Shown piece by piece: positions 11,044 to 20,446 of a stretch of 64,000 nucleotides of DNA. A model generated the notes under the pieces. It ran no database searches. It saw nothing but the letters and a program-made list of their open reading frames with translations, and was not told where the DNA came from. Position 1 is the stretch's first letter. Every line of letters starts with the position of its first letter. Source of the stretch: an uncultured Candidatus Saccharibacteria bacterium (GTDB taxonomy: Bacteria > Patescibacteriota > Minisyncoccia > CAIUEV01 > JAHKAQ01); assembly GCA_964598205.1 (NCBI GenBank), contig CAZRBB010000003.1, positions 17,046 to 81,045 on the forward strand, read 5' to 3'. The translations under genes were made by a program, and so were the position numbers.

Positions 11044-11517
11044 ATGACTTTAAAAAGAAAAATCGTTATCGCCTCCGATCATGGGGGTTTTATTTTGAAA
11101 AAAGAAATAAAGAGCTGGCTCAAAAAACAAGGATACAAGATTCAAGATTTAGGAACTAATAATTCCAAGGGGGTTGATTACCCTATCTATGCGCAAAAAG
11201 TAGCAGAAGCTATTGGGCAAGAACTGGCTACGGAAGGAATTCTGATTTGTTCTTCTGGTATAGGAATGAGCATGGCTGCTAACCGTTTTCCTGGAATCAG
11301 GGCGGCTTTATGCAGGAACCCAAAAGATGCGGCCACTACCAAAAAGCACAACTTGGCTAATGTGTTATGCCTAGGAGCAGAAGAAACAGATTCTACCTTG
11401 GCTTTTCAAATAGTTAAAACCTGGCTTGATTCAGAAGCAGGCAAAGAAGAAAGATACCGAAGAAGAGCGGCTCTTCTTGATTTCTTAGGAAGATCTCATT
11501 GCTCTGGTTGTTTTTAA
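11044..11517 (+). CDS. rpiB: Ribose-5-phosphate isomerase B
   Basis: RpiB/LacAB family signature (IASDHGG ... CSSGIGMSMAANR). Confidence 0.9.
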   Translation: MTLKRKIVIASDHGGFILKKEIKSWLKKQGYKIQDLGTNNSKGVDYPIYAQKVAEAIGQELATEGILICSSGIGMSMAANRFPGIRAALCRNPKDAATTKKHNLANVLCLGAEETDSTLAFQIVKTWLDSEAGKEERYRRRAALLDFLGRSHCSGCF

Positions 11518-11530
11518 ATAATTTAAAAAT

Positions 11531-12184
11531 ATGAAACTTCAAGTAGCTCTAGATTTTTTGAATCTTGATCAAGCCCTGAAAGTGGCTAAGGATGTCGCAT
11601 TATTCGTCGATATTCTAGAAGCGGGAACCCCTTTAATCAAGTCTACCGGAATGGAAAGTGTCCGACAGCTAAAGGCTCTTTTCCCAGATAAAATAATTGA
11701 TGCCGATCTAAAGACGGCTGATGTGGGAGATTTGGAAGTAAAAATGGCCGCTGAGGCAGGAGCGTCTTTGATTCATGTTTTAGGGCTCGCTCCTTTGGAA
11801 ACAATAGAAGAGGCAGTTTTAGAAGCCAAGAAATTTCCTGGAGTAAAGATCGTGGTTGATATTTGCGGAGCCTTAGCCATTCTTTCTGAATCGGAATTCG
11901 AAAAGAGAATTCGGCAAATAGAAGAAACCGGACCGGACTATTTAGAAATTCATACCGCTATTAGCCAGCAAAGAAAAGGAGAAGATCCCTTTGGGGCAAT
12001 TAAGAAAGTTTCCTCAATCTCAAAACTTCCTCTGTCCGTTGCCGGAGGAATTAACAAGACTTCTGTTGAAAAACTAAGAGGAATTGCAAATTTGGAAATT
12101 ATAATCGTAGGAGGAGGGATTACGCAGGCGGCAAGTCCAAAAACAGAAGCTCAGGAAATCAAAAATATTATTCAAACTTTTTAA
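11531..12184 (+). CDS. hxlA: 3-hexulose-6-phosphate synthase (OMPDC-fold, HPS family)
   Basis: MKLQVALDF start and HPS-like barrel motifs; directly followed by a SIS-domain PHI gene. Confidence 0.7.
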   Translation: MKLQVALDFLNLDQALKVAKDVALFVDILEAGTPLIKSTGMESVRQLKALFPDKIIDADLKTADVGDLEVKMAAEAGASLIHVLGLAPLETIEEAVLEAKKFPGVKIVVDICGALAILSESEFEKRIRQIEETGPDYLEIHTAISQQRKGEDPFGAIKKVSSISKLPLSVAGGINKTSVEKLRGIANLEIIIVGGGITQAASPKTEAQEIKNIIQTF

Positions 12185-12762
12185 TGATTGACCAAGTAAT
12201 TCAAAAGTATTTAAAAGGAATAGAGGAGACTCTCTTGCCTCTTGATTCCAAGCAAACCGAGCTCCTAATAGAAGATATCCTAAAAGCAAAAAGAATTTTT
12301 ATTTTTGGAGCGGGAAGAAGCGGTTTGGTAGGCAAAGCTTTTGCCATGAGGTTAATGCATTTAGGGAAAAAGGTTTTCTTTATTGGAGAAACAACAACTC
12401 CAGCAATAGAAAAAAATGATGCTTTATTTTTTGTTTCTGGGTCAGGGAATACGCTCTCAGTAGTTAATATGATCAGAGCCACTAAAACAAAAAAAATAAA
12501 AATTTTAGGAATCACTTCTTGTAAAGATGGGGCTCTTTTTAAGGAAGGAGATAATGTGATCTGTATTGAAGGTGAAATTTGTAAACGCCAAGTTGATTAT
12601 CTGACCATGCAAATAATGGGACTAGCTCGCAAAATAGCACCATTAGGATCCAACTTTGAATCATCCGCTCTAGTTTATTTGGATTCTCTGATTGTCCTTT
12701 TAATGGCGAGAACAAATAAAAGCGAGCAAGATTTAAAAAAAAGACATGCCAACCTTGAATAA
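12184..12762 (+). CDS. hxlB: 6-phospho-3-hexuloisomerase (SIS domain)
   Basis: SIS motif FGAGRSGLVGKAF ... SGSGNT; paired with HPS. Confidence 0.7.
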   Translation: MIDQVIQKYLKGIEETLLPLDSKQTELLIEDILKAKRIFIFGAGRSGLVGKAFAMRLMHLGKKVFFIGETTTPAIEKNDALFFVSGSGNTLSVVNMIRATKTKKIKILGITSCKDGALFKEGDNVICIEGEICKRQVDYLTMQIMGLARKIAPLGSNFESSALVYLDSLIVLLMARTNKSEQDLKKRHANLE

Positions 12763-13708
12763 AAGAAAAGTAGTGAAAAATGATTTCGTGCTTTTAGGAG
12801 GGAAGGCTTCTTGGGAAATAGCTCAAAAAATATCTAAAGAACTTAGAAAGCCATTGGGAAAGGTTGAATATACTGTTTTTCCTAATCAAGAAACAAGGGT
12901 TAGGGTTTTAGAAAAGGTTGAACAAAAGACGGTTTTTATTATTCAATCCCTATCCTCTCCTTCGGAAACATCTTTGATGGAACTCTTTCTCTTGGCCAAT
13001 GCTGCTAAATACGGTGGTGCCAAAAAAATCATAGCTGTTACCCCTTGGTTGGCTTACTCCCCCCAAGATAAAATTTTTAGAGCAGGAGAAGCCCTTTCTT
13101 CCGCACTAATAGCTAGCCTTATTCGAGCCGCCGGAATCAAGGAAATAATACTCCTAGATGTCCATTCCTCTAAAAATATTGACCACCTTTTAGAAAACTC
13201 TATAAAAGTCCACCATCTGAGTGCTCTTCCTATTTTTGCCGAGAAACTGAAGAAAATAAAGGGTTCCGCTGATTGGATTGTGCTTAGAGTAGACAAGGGG
13301 GCCGATGAACGGTCTATCAACTTGGCAAAGTTACTAAATCTTCCTGTTGTTAACTTTGAAAAAAAGAGAGACAGAAAAACAGGAAGTGTTAGTTTTGAAA
13401 AAATTACGCTAAATTTGGCAGGGAAAAAAATTATTTCCTTTGATGATTTTATTTCGACTGGAGGCAGTCTTTTAAAATCAGTGGAGATTGCTAAAAAAAA
13501 TGGAGCAACTTCTTTTACAAATTGCAGTACTCATGGAATCTTAGCTTTAGATGCCACTGTAAAAATTCAAAAAAGCTCCCTAAATAACCTTTTCCTTACA
13601 GATTCCTACCCTATCCCCAAAGAAAAAAGAATCCAAAAAATAAAAATTATAAGCTGTGCTAAAATAATTGCCGAAAAAATTAGTGAGTTGATTTCTCTAG
13701 AATCTTAG
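12746..13708 (+). CDS. prs: Ribose-phosphate pyrophosphokinase (PRPP synthetase)
   Basis: 320 aa; Prs N-terminal motif (FPNQETRVRV) and C-terminal PRPP-binding region. Confidence 0.9.
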   Translation: MPTLNKRKVVKNDFVLLGGKASWEIAQKISKELRKPLGKVEYTVFPNQETRVRVLEKVEQKTVFIIQSLSSPSETSLMELFLLANAAKYGGAKKIIAVTPWLAYSPQDKIFRAGEALSSALIASLIRAAGIKEIILLDVHSSKNIDHLLENSIKVHHLSALPIFAEKLKKIKGSADWIVLRVDKGADERSINLAKLLNLPVVNFEKKRDRKTGSVSFEKITLNLAGKKIISFDDFISTGGSLLKSVEIAKKNGATSFTNCSTHGILALDATVKIQKSSLNNLFLTDSYPIPKEKRIQKIKIISCAKIIAEKISELISLES

Positions 13709-14225
13709 AAGCATTTTCTAAAATTACTACGGCATTTTCAGCGGTAAAATTGTCTATTTCGAAAAGAGGGTCATGAACAATGCTATTCCTTGTTCTGTGC
13801 GCTTCCCAAATATCATTCAGCTCTCCCAAAAGAGTGGCGTCGGTAATATTTTTAAGTCTTTCTCCTATTGTTTCTCCAGGAACTCCCGCTTTTTTTAGCC
13901 CGTCGTCGAGCGCTTTATCTGCTTCAATAACGGCTATCTTCCAGTCATTGGGATTAACCGAACGCAATTTGAATTTTATTTTATCCCAAGCACTCCCCGG
14001 TACCTTGAGAGTTCCTTTTTGATCTTTGGATCTCTTTTTCTTGTTTCCCCAGAAAGCATAATCCCAAAGATTGGGATATTTCTTAACCAAAAGAAGGAGA
14101 TCTAAAAAAACTACCACCAAGTAAAAAATTAAAACCCATTTTATTACCTGCCCCTGATAAGATCTGCGAAAATCAAAAGACGCCTCAGAAAGAAAGTTAA
14201 ATAGACTAATAATTTGATCAGCCAT
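13680..14225 (-). CDS. Hypothetical membrane-anchored protein
   Basis: N-terminal TM helix followed by a soluble domain; no recognisable motif. Confidence 0.4.
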   Translation of the reverse strand: MADQIISLFNFLSEASFDFRRSYQGQVIKWVLIFYLVVVFLDLLLLVKKYPNLWDYAFWGNKKKRSKDQKGTLKVPGSAWDKIKFKLRSVNPNDWKIAVIEADKALDDGLKKAGVPGETIGERLKNITDATLLGELNDIWEAHRTRNSIVHDPLFEIDNFTAENAVVILENASKILEKSTH

Positions 14226-14229
14226 TAAA

Positions 14230-15702
14230 TTAAAGATCGCAAGTTAGCTTTTCAAAATGATAGGCCCCTCTTAGCAGGGTTTCTTCGTCCCACCACTTCC
14301 CTATTAACTGAAAGCCTATGGGAAGTTTGTTCTTAAATTTAGTTCCCATAATTCCATTTGTTTCTTCTGGTGCATCAACCCATCCGGCATTAACCGAGAT
14401 AGCGCAAATTCCAGCCAAATTAACATAGCAGGAATAAATGTCGGCTAAATACATAGATAGTGGGTCAGCCTTCTCTCCAATCTTAAAGGCTGGAGCGGCC
14501 ATTGTTGGAGTTGCAATGAGATCAAATTTTTGAAAAACACTTTTTGCTTCTTCCTGAATTAACCTTCTAACTTGTTGCGCTTTTTTATAAAAAGCATCGT
14601 AATAGCCAGAACTCAAAGAATAATTGCCTAGAATAATTCTCCGTTTTACTTCTGGTCCCAAAAAATTGGTCCTTGTTTTTAAATAGAGATCTTTTAAATT
14701 TTTAGCGTTGTCGATTCTCTTCCCGTATTTTATCCCATCAAATCTTGCCAAGTTGGAACTGATTTCGCTAGGAACTAGAATATAATAGACGGCTACCGCA
14801 GGTTCTCCAAAGAGAGGAAGAGAAATCTCTTCTATCTTTGCCCCCTGTTTCTCTAGGCCTTTAAGCCGATCAAAAAATATTTCTTTAACCTGTGGGTCTA
14901 GTCCTTCTTGAGTAGCTTCTTTAGGATAGGCTATTTTTAACCCCGAAAGACCAAGGCGAAAATCTCTAGCAAAGTTTTTTCCCGAAAAACCAGAAGAAGT
15001 AGAGTCCTGCTTGTCTTTGCCGCTAATTACCGAAAGCATGGTGGCTGCATCTTCTACATTTTGAGTGATCGGAGCCACTGTATCAATAGAGGAACACATA
15101 GACATAAGCCCGTAGCGAGATACTCTTCCATAGGTTGGCTTAAGGCCTACTAATCCTAAAAAACTGGCTGGAGCCCTAGTTGATCCCCCCGTGTCTGTTC
15201 CAAGAGAAGCAACTGCCCCTCCGTAGCAAACAATCGCACCAGAGCCAGAAGAGCTTCCTCCAGAAACTCTTTTTAGATCATAAGGATTAAGAGTTGGGCC
15301 GTAGGCCGAATTTTCTCCACTTGCTCCATGAGCAAATTCATCACAATTAGTTTTAGCAATAATCACCGCCCCTGCTTTTTTTAGCTTGGAAACAGAAGTT
15401 GCATCGTAAGTAGGAATAAAATTATCTAATATTTTAGAAGAAGCCGTAGTCCTTAAGCCGGCAGTGCAAAGAACATCTTTTATTGCTACTGGAATTCCTT
15501 CTAATTCGCCTGTTTCTTTTTTTTCTTGTCTTTTCTTGTCTGCTTCTGCCGCTACCCTAAGAGCCTCTTCTTTGTTTAGCGTAATTACAGCGTTAATCCC
15601 AGCTCCTTCTCCTTTCTCTATTTTTTGTAGCGCTTCTTCCACTAAAAAGACGCTGGTCACCTCTCCTTTAGATAATTTATTTTTAATTCCTTTTATATCC
15701 AT
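14230..15702 (-). CDS. gatA: Glutamyl-tRNA(Gln)/aspartyl-tRNA(Asn) amidotransferase subunit A
   Basis: Amidase signature GGSSSGSGAIV; 490 aa. Confidence 0.95.
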   Translation of the reverse strand: MDIKGIKNKLSKGEVTSVFLVEEALQKIEKGEGAGINAVITLNKEEALRVAAEADKKRQEKKETGELEGIPVAIKDVLCTAGLRTTASSKILDNFIPTYDATSVSKLKKAGAVIIAKTNCDEFAHGASGENSAYGPTLNPYDLKRVSGGSSSGSGAIVCYGGAVASLGTDTGGSTRAPASFLGLVGLKPTYGRVSRYGLMSMCSSIDTVAPITQNVEDAATMLSVISGKDKQDSTSSGFSGKNFARDFRLGLSGLKIAYPKEATQEGLDPQVKEIFFDRLKGLEKQGAKIEEISLPLFGEPAVAVYYILVPSEISSNLARFDGIKYGKRIDNAKNLKDLYLKTRTNFLGPEVKRRIILGNYSLSSGYYDAFYKKAQQVRRLIQEEAKSVFQKFDLIATPTMAAPAFKIGEKADPLSMYLADIYSCYVNLAGICAISVNAGWVDAPEETNGIMGTKFKNKLPIGFQLIGKWWDEETLLRGAYHFEKLTCDL

Positions 15703-15705
15703 AAA

Positions 15706-15990
15706 TTATTTTGAAAAGCTTTTAGTCTTTAAAAATCCGGACTGAGAATCGGGAGCGTTTTTAATAATTTTATCTTGATTCAAAGGCAAAACAACTTTAT
15801 CCATAAAAACAATATCTTCTTCCAAGGAAGAACTGAGTAGTGGCTCAATATTTTTTGTATTAATTTTTTCAAGTTTTCTAAAAAAATCAACAACATTCGA
15901 AAGCTCCTTGAAGTATTTTTTTGATTCTTCTTCCGACAACTCAAGAAAGCTGAGTCTAGAAATCTTTAGAATGTCTTCTTGGGTGATCAT
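15706..15990 (-). CDS. gatC: Glu/Asp-tRNA amidotransferase subunit C
   Basis: 94 aa directly upstream of gatA, with GatC-like sequence. Confidence 0.85.
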   Translation of the reverse strand: MITQEDILKISRLSFLELSEEESKKYFKELSNVVDFFRKLEKINTKNIEPLLSSSLEEDIVFMDKVVLPLNQDKIIKNAPDSQSGFLKTKSFSK

Positions 15991-16205
15991 TTTTGAAAAA
16001 GAAATTATTTTATCTTAACTGATTTCCCATTTTTAACTATCTGTTTTTTAGCATAATTTCCAAATAAAACAAAAGAACTGACCGCCGTCTATGAAAGAAC
16101 TTGCCAGACCGTTTTAATCTTGATAAACATCAAATAAAGTTTTTTAAAATTAAAAATTGATGACTAGCTCAAAATTTTAAAAGACATATAATAGGATATG
16201 TTTTA

Positions 16206-16276
16206 GGCCAGGTGCCCGAGCGGTTAGGAGAAGGTCTGCAAAACCTTTCACAGGGGTTCAACTCCCCTCCTGGCCT
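16206..16276 (+). tRNA. tRNA-Cys (anticodon GCA)
   Basis: Cloverleaf by eye: acceptor GGCCAGG/CCTGGCC, anticodon stem AAGGT/ACCTT with loop CTGCAAA, T-arm AGGGG-TTCAACT-CCCCT. Confidence 0.85.
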
Positions 16277-16283
16277 CTTCTTT

Positions 16284-16370
16284 GCCCGGATGGTGAAATG
16301 GTAGACACAAGGGACTTAAAATCCCTCGAGATGTTCTCTCATGCGAGTTCGAGTCTCGCTCCGGGCACCA
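16284..16370 (+). tRNA. tRNA-Leu (anticodon TAA), class II with long variable arm and encoded CCA
   Basis: Acceptor GCCCGGA/TCCGGGC, anticodon loop CTTAAAA, long variable arm, T-loop GTTCGAGTC, 3' ACCA. Confidence 0.85.
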
Positions 16371-16699
16371 GTAATTGAAGGAAAGCAATTGTCTACATAA
16401 AGATGCTTGACTTTACTTTCTTTTGCGGTAGGCTTTTAAGAGTTTAAAAGTTAATCAGAGAAATTGATTGGTTTTTTATTCTAAAAAACCATAAGTTTCT
16501 TTGAACAGGAAGTTTAACCATTAGTAAAGAAGCTAAAAACCTCTTTAGTAAAAAGACCTCCAACGATTTAAGGAGGATTCAAAAAATTAAAAAAAACCCC
16601 TTAAAGTACTGTCTTCTTGTTTCCAAGGTTAAAGAATGGTGTGGCCGCCTGAATGCCATTCAAAGGAAAACGACAAAAAAGTTAAGGGGAGGACATTTT

Positions 16700-17746
16700 T
16701 TGTTTTTGGTTAACATAATAAAAAAGAATGCTGCAAGAACAGGTGTTCTTTTTTGTGCCGTTTTGGTTTCTTTCTTAAATGCAAAATCTCAGAATAAAAA
16801 ACTTTTCGAAGAATCCTTCCTTAAAGAAAAAGGGATCCTAACAACTCAACACCAAAAAATCGAACAACCAACTTCTTTAGCTTTGGCTCCAATCGCCGAA
16901 GCTCATGAAATGATAGATTACGAAAGATTCCTTAAGGAAGAAGGGGAAAAGAACACAGTCCTTGGCTCCTTGATGCCGGTGACCAATCCTACTCCCGAAG
17001 AATTTGGTAGCTCCGGACAAGATGTTTTTGTTTATAAGGTAAAAGATGGCGACACCATTGGTTCAATTGCTTTAAAATACTCTGTAACTGCCAACACTCT
17101 TCTTTGGGCAAACGATTTGGCTGATAATTCTGTTATAAAGCCTGGTGATGAGATTTTTATTTTACCAATAACCGGAATAAAGCACAGGGTAGAAAGTGGT
17201 GACACGGTAAAATCTTTAGCTAAAAAATACAAAACCAACGAACAAAAAATTATTTCCTTTAATAATCTTCCAGCCGATGGAGAAATGAAGAAGGGCGAAG
17301 AGATAATCATTCCCGACGGAGAGAGAGATGATCAATCTAGATACCGAAACGCAGAAGCCGATCTTTATGCCAAGCTCACCGGAAAAACTCTAGACGCCCC
17401 AGTAGCTTCTGTAGAAAATTCAAAGAAATTATACCAATACCCAGCTCATAAATTTCCTTATGGTTGGTGTACTTGGTATGTTGCCACAAGAAGGCATGTG
17501 CCATGGGGAGGAAATGCTGGAACATGGATTTATCATGCAAAAAGTTATGGCGCTCAAACGGGGAGAAGTCCTAGGGTTGGGGCCATTATGGTTACCGGAG
17601 AAAGTCGCTGGGGACATGTTGCTATAGTGGAAAAAGTAAAAGATGGAAACATAACCGTTTCAGAAATGAACTATAAAGGATGGGGAGTAAAAAGTCAGAG
17701 AACTCTTAGCTCTAGCAGCTCTGTGATAAAAGGATTTATTTATTAA
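16700..17746 (+). CDS. Secreted peptidoglycan hydrolase with 2x LysM and a C-terminal CHAP domain
   Basis: Signal peptide; two LysM repeats (DGDTIGSIALKY..., SGDTVKSLAKKY...); CHAP Cys/His region (GWCTWYV ... GHVAIVE). Probable TTG start, with a strong SD AAGGGGAGG 7 nt upstream. Confidence 0.85.
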   Translation: MFLVNIIKKNAARTGVLFCAVLVSFLNAKSQNKKLFEESFLKEKGILTTQHQKIEQPTSLALAPIAEAHEMIDYERFLKEEGEKNTVLGSLMPVTNPTPEEFGSSGQDVFVYKVKDGDTIGSIALKYSVTANTLLWANDLADNSVIKPGDEIFILPITGIKHRVESGDTVKSLAKKYKTNEQKIISFNNLPADGEMKKGEEIIIPDGERDDQSRYRNAEADLYAKLTGKTLDAPVASVENSKKLYQYPAHKFPYGWCTWYVATRRHVPWGGNAGTWIYHAKSYGAQTGRSPRVGAIMVTGESRWGHVAIVEKVKDGNITVSEMNYKGWGVKSQRTLSSSSSVIKGFIY

Positions 17747-17869
17747 AGGACTTTACGCGTTTGGCATATTCCTTCGTTAAACCCTGCGCCACTCGCTCAC
17801 CGTAACTTAATTACGCTTCGCTCGCTTGCTCGGGTTTGCCTTGAACTATACTCAAACGCGTAAAGTCCT
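17745..17869. other. Large perfect inverted repeat (17-19 bp arms, ~90-nt GC-richer interior) between convergent genes; candidate structured RNA, bidirectional terminator or MITE
   Basis: AAAGGACTTTACGCGTTTG at 17745-17763 is the exact reverse complement of CAAACGCGTAAAGTCCT at 17853-17869. The interior carries GCTCGCT-type repeats and is GC-rich relative to its flanks. Confidence 0.5.
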
Positions 17870-17872
17870 ATA

Positions 17873-19408
17873 TTAATCTTTGTTTGCTAAAATTTCTTTT
17901 TCTCCTTGGAATTGAAAAGCTTCGGCTATATGCTCTTTTTTAATTGTAGGACTTGCTTCTATGTCGGCTATTGTTTGGGCTATCTTGATTAACTTAAAGT
18001 AAGAACGAAGGGACATTTTTTTTAGTTCCATCAGTTTTTCTAAGAATATTTTTGCCGAATTTTTCATTTTACAATATTTTTCTATTTCCTTAGCTCCTAT
18101 TTCTGAATTGCTGTCTATTAACGACCCAGAGAATCTTTTTGACTGAATAGATCTTGCATTTTCTACTAATTTTCTGGCCATTTCTGAACTAAAACGATTC
18201 CCCTCTTCTTTTATTTCTCCCAAGGAAGATCTTCTCACCTCTACAAACAAATCTATTCTGTCCATAATCGGACCAGAAAGTCGTTGTCTATATTTTAGAA
18301 CAGAAAATGGACTACAAATGCATTCTCTTTCGGGATCTCCGGCGTATCCGCAAGGACAGGGATTCATTGCTCCTACTAAAATAAAGCGAGAAGGATATTT
18401 AACGGTTCCAGAAGCCCTAGAAATAACAACCGATCCATCTTCTAGCGGCTGGCGAAGACTTTCGAGTGTTTTTCTTGAAAATTCTAGAATTTCGTCTAAA
18501 AAAAGGACTCCTTTGTGCGCTAGAGTAATTTCCCCGGGATTGATTCTGGAACCGCCACCAACCAAGGCAACATGAGATGCTGAATGATGAGGAGATCGAA
18601 ATGGTTTTTCTGTAATTAATGGTTCTTCGGAAGAAAGGAGCCCGGCAATGGAGTATATTTTGGAAATTTCTAGTCTTTCCTCAAAGTTAAGCCGAGGCAA
18701 TATTGAAGGAATTGTTTTGGCTAAAAAAGTTTTACCAGTCCCTGGAGGGCCAAAAAGAATAATGTGGTGCCCACCGGCAGCTGAAATAATAATGGCTCTT
18801 TTTGCTTTCTCCTGCCCTCTAACATCTTTGATATCACAAAGGGGAGAGCGTTCTTCTCTTTTCTTTTCTGCCACAGCCCTGCTGGAAGGGAAATGGCCAA
18901 TATTGACCATTTCAATGTAGTCTTTAAGTTCTTTTAAGGGAATGAGCTGAATGTTCTTAACAAAAGAAGCCTCTTTTAAATTAATCCAGGGAATAAACAA
19001 TTTACTGAATCCTTTTTTTGAAGCTTCTATGGCAATGGGTAGGATGCCAGGAGTCTTTCTTATTTTTCCATCTAGGGCGAGCTCTCCTACAAAAGCGACT
19101 TTTTCTTTATTGCTTTTGATTTGTCCAGTGGCTTCTAAAATAGAAATGGCAATGGGAAGATCTAGTCCACAGCCAGTTTTTTTGATATGAGAAGGAGCAA
19201 GACAAACGGTAATCCTCCCAAAATGATGCGGTGGCTTGGCGCCACTGTTTCTAATAGCTGCATCCACTCTTTCTTTGGATTCTCTAACTGCTGTATCTGC
19301 TAATCCTACGAGAGAAAAATTGTGCAGTCCCCCCGATTTATCGGCCTCTATTTCTACTTCCTGGCATTCAAGCCCCACAACAACAAATGATTTTAGAGAA
19401 GAAAACAT
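17873..19408 (-). CDS. comM: Mg-chelatase-like AAA+ protein YifB/ComM
   Basis: 511 aa; N-terminal Lon-like domain, Walker A GPPGTGKT, and a C-terminal ComM region. Confidence 0.9.
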   Translation of the reverse strand: MFSSLKSFVVVGLECQEVEIEADKSGGLHNFSLVGLADTAVRESKERVDAAIRNSGAKPPHHFGRITVCLAPSHIKKTGCGLDLPIAISILEATGQIKSNKEKVAFVGELALDGKIRKTPGILPIAIEASKKGFSKLFIPWINLKEASFVKNIQLIPLKELKDYIEMVNIGHFPSSRAVAEKKREERSPLCDIKDVRGQEKAKRAIIISAAGGHHIILFGPPGTGKTFLAKTIPSILPRLNFEERLEISKIYSIAGLLSSEEPLITEKPFRSPHHSASHVALVGGGSRINPGEITLAHKGVLFLDEILEFSRKTLESLRQPLEDGSVVISRASGTVKYPSRFILVGAMNPCPCGYAGDPERECICSPFSVLKYRQRLSGPIMDRIDLFVEVRRSSLGEIKEEGNRFSSEMARKLVENARSIQSKRFSGSLIDSNSEIGAKEIEKYCKMKNSAKIFLEKLMELKKMSLRSYFKLIKIAQTIADIEASPTIKKEHIAEAFQFQGEKEILANKD

Positions 19409-19409
19409 C

Positions 19410-19859
19410 TTAGAAAACCTTTCTGTTATAAAGAATAAAAAGAAGAGATAGGGAAATTACAATAAAGGTGTCTGCAATATTGAAAGTTGGCCAAAGCCCC
19501 AAATCAATATAATCAACAACACATCCCAAGGAAATCCTATCCACGAAATTAGAAAAAGATGCACCCAACAAAAGAAACAGAAGGCTTTTCTTTTTAAAAG
19601 GACCTGCAACCTTCAATGCATAGAATAGTAGGGTAACGAGAATAAAAAAATTAAAAAAAAGAATTAAATTAAAATTAAAATCAATGCCAAAAGCCAGCCC
19701 CTTATTACAAATAAGGGTTGATTGTTCCGAAAAATAATTTGATCGGGAAAAATCTAAAAAAATCCGTCTAAAAACGGTTTCAGCAATTAACGGAAAGAAA
19801 AAAAGAAAAAAATACCAAGAAAAAACTCCTAAGCCCTTTTTGAAAAAAAGTGAAGGCAA
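19410..19859 (-). CDS. lspA: Lipoprotein signal peptidase (signal peptidase II)
   Basis: Conserved LspA motifs (FSNFVDR, VVDYIDLG, WPTFNIAD). Confidence 0.8.
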   Translation of the reverse strand: MPSLFFKKGLGVFSWYFFLFFFPLIAETVFRRIFLDFSRSNYFSEQSTLICNKGLAFGIDFNFNLILFFNFFILVTLLFYALKVAGPFKKKSLLFLLLGASFSNFVDRISLGCVVDYIDLGLWPTFNIADTFIVISLSLLFILYNRKVF

Positions 19860-19874
19860 GAAAATAAGTTTAAA

Positions 19875-20231
19875 TTATTGAGCGCAGTTTACACAATAAC
19901 GAGCTTCTGGTTTTATGGCCAGTCTTTCCCTGTTTATAGGCTGTTTGCACTTTTCACAAATTCCATAGCCAATTTTTTCTTTGATTTTTTTTAAAGCCAA
20001 TTCAACCCTTCCAAGATCGTTCTCCAACTGACCCTCTAGGATTACCTTTGTTTGATATTCGTCAACTTCTTCTGCATTGTCTTGCTCTTCTTTTCCATAG
20101 TCAGGAAAACAGACTTTATGATCCTTGTCTTTTTCGGAACCGGGATTGCAAGAAAAGCCGTCAATCTGCTCCTTTATTTCCTTGCTCTTTTTTAGAAGAC
20201 TGGCTTCTTGTTGTTTTAGGAAATCATCCAT
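19875..20231 (-). CDS. DksA/TraR-family C4 zinc-finger regulator
   Basis: C-terminal CEKCKQPI ... CVNCAQ four-cysteine finger after a coiled-coil region. Confidence 0.75.
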   Translation of the reverse strand: MDDFLKQQEASLLKKSKEIKEQIDGFSCNPGSEKDKDHKVCFPDYGKEEQDNAEEVDEYQTKVILEGQLENDLGRVELALKKIKEKIGYGICEKCKQPINRERLAIKPEARYCVNCAQ

Positions 20232-20313
20232 ACTTTTTGCTTAGCTAATAACTGGTTCCAGTTTAACAATTTTTATTGAAAATTCAAACTTACGCAATTT
20301 TGGAAAACAAAAA

Positions 20314-20446
20314 GCGGGGGCAGTGTTCCCCCGTTTATATTACTTTAGAGGGGACTGCCGCCCGCCGAGCTCGTTATTAGAAGGTCGTTGCCAGTCTTTT
20401 TTTGTAGGGTGACAAACCACAAAAAGACATAATCCAATAACGAGTT
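20314..20446. other. GC-rich structured element in the divergent intergenic region (candidate ncRNA or regulatory RNA)
   Basis: GCGGGGGCAGTGTTCCCCCG hairpin, with long-range complementarity to GGGGACTGCCGCCCGC. A 9-bp stem GAGCTCGTTATT/AATAACGAG encloses ~57 nt. All of this sits in an otherwise AT-rich spacer. Confidence 0.3.
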
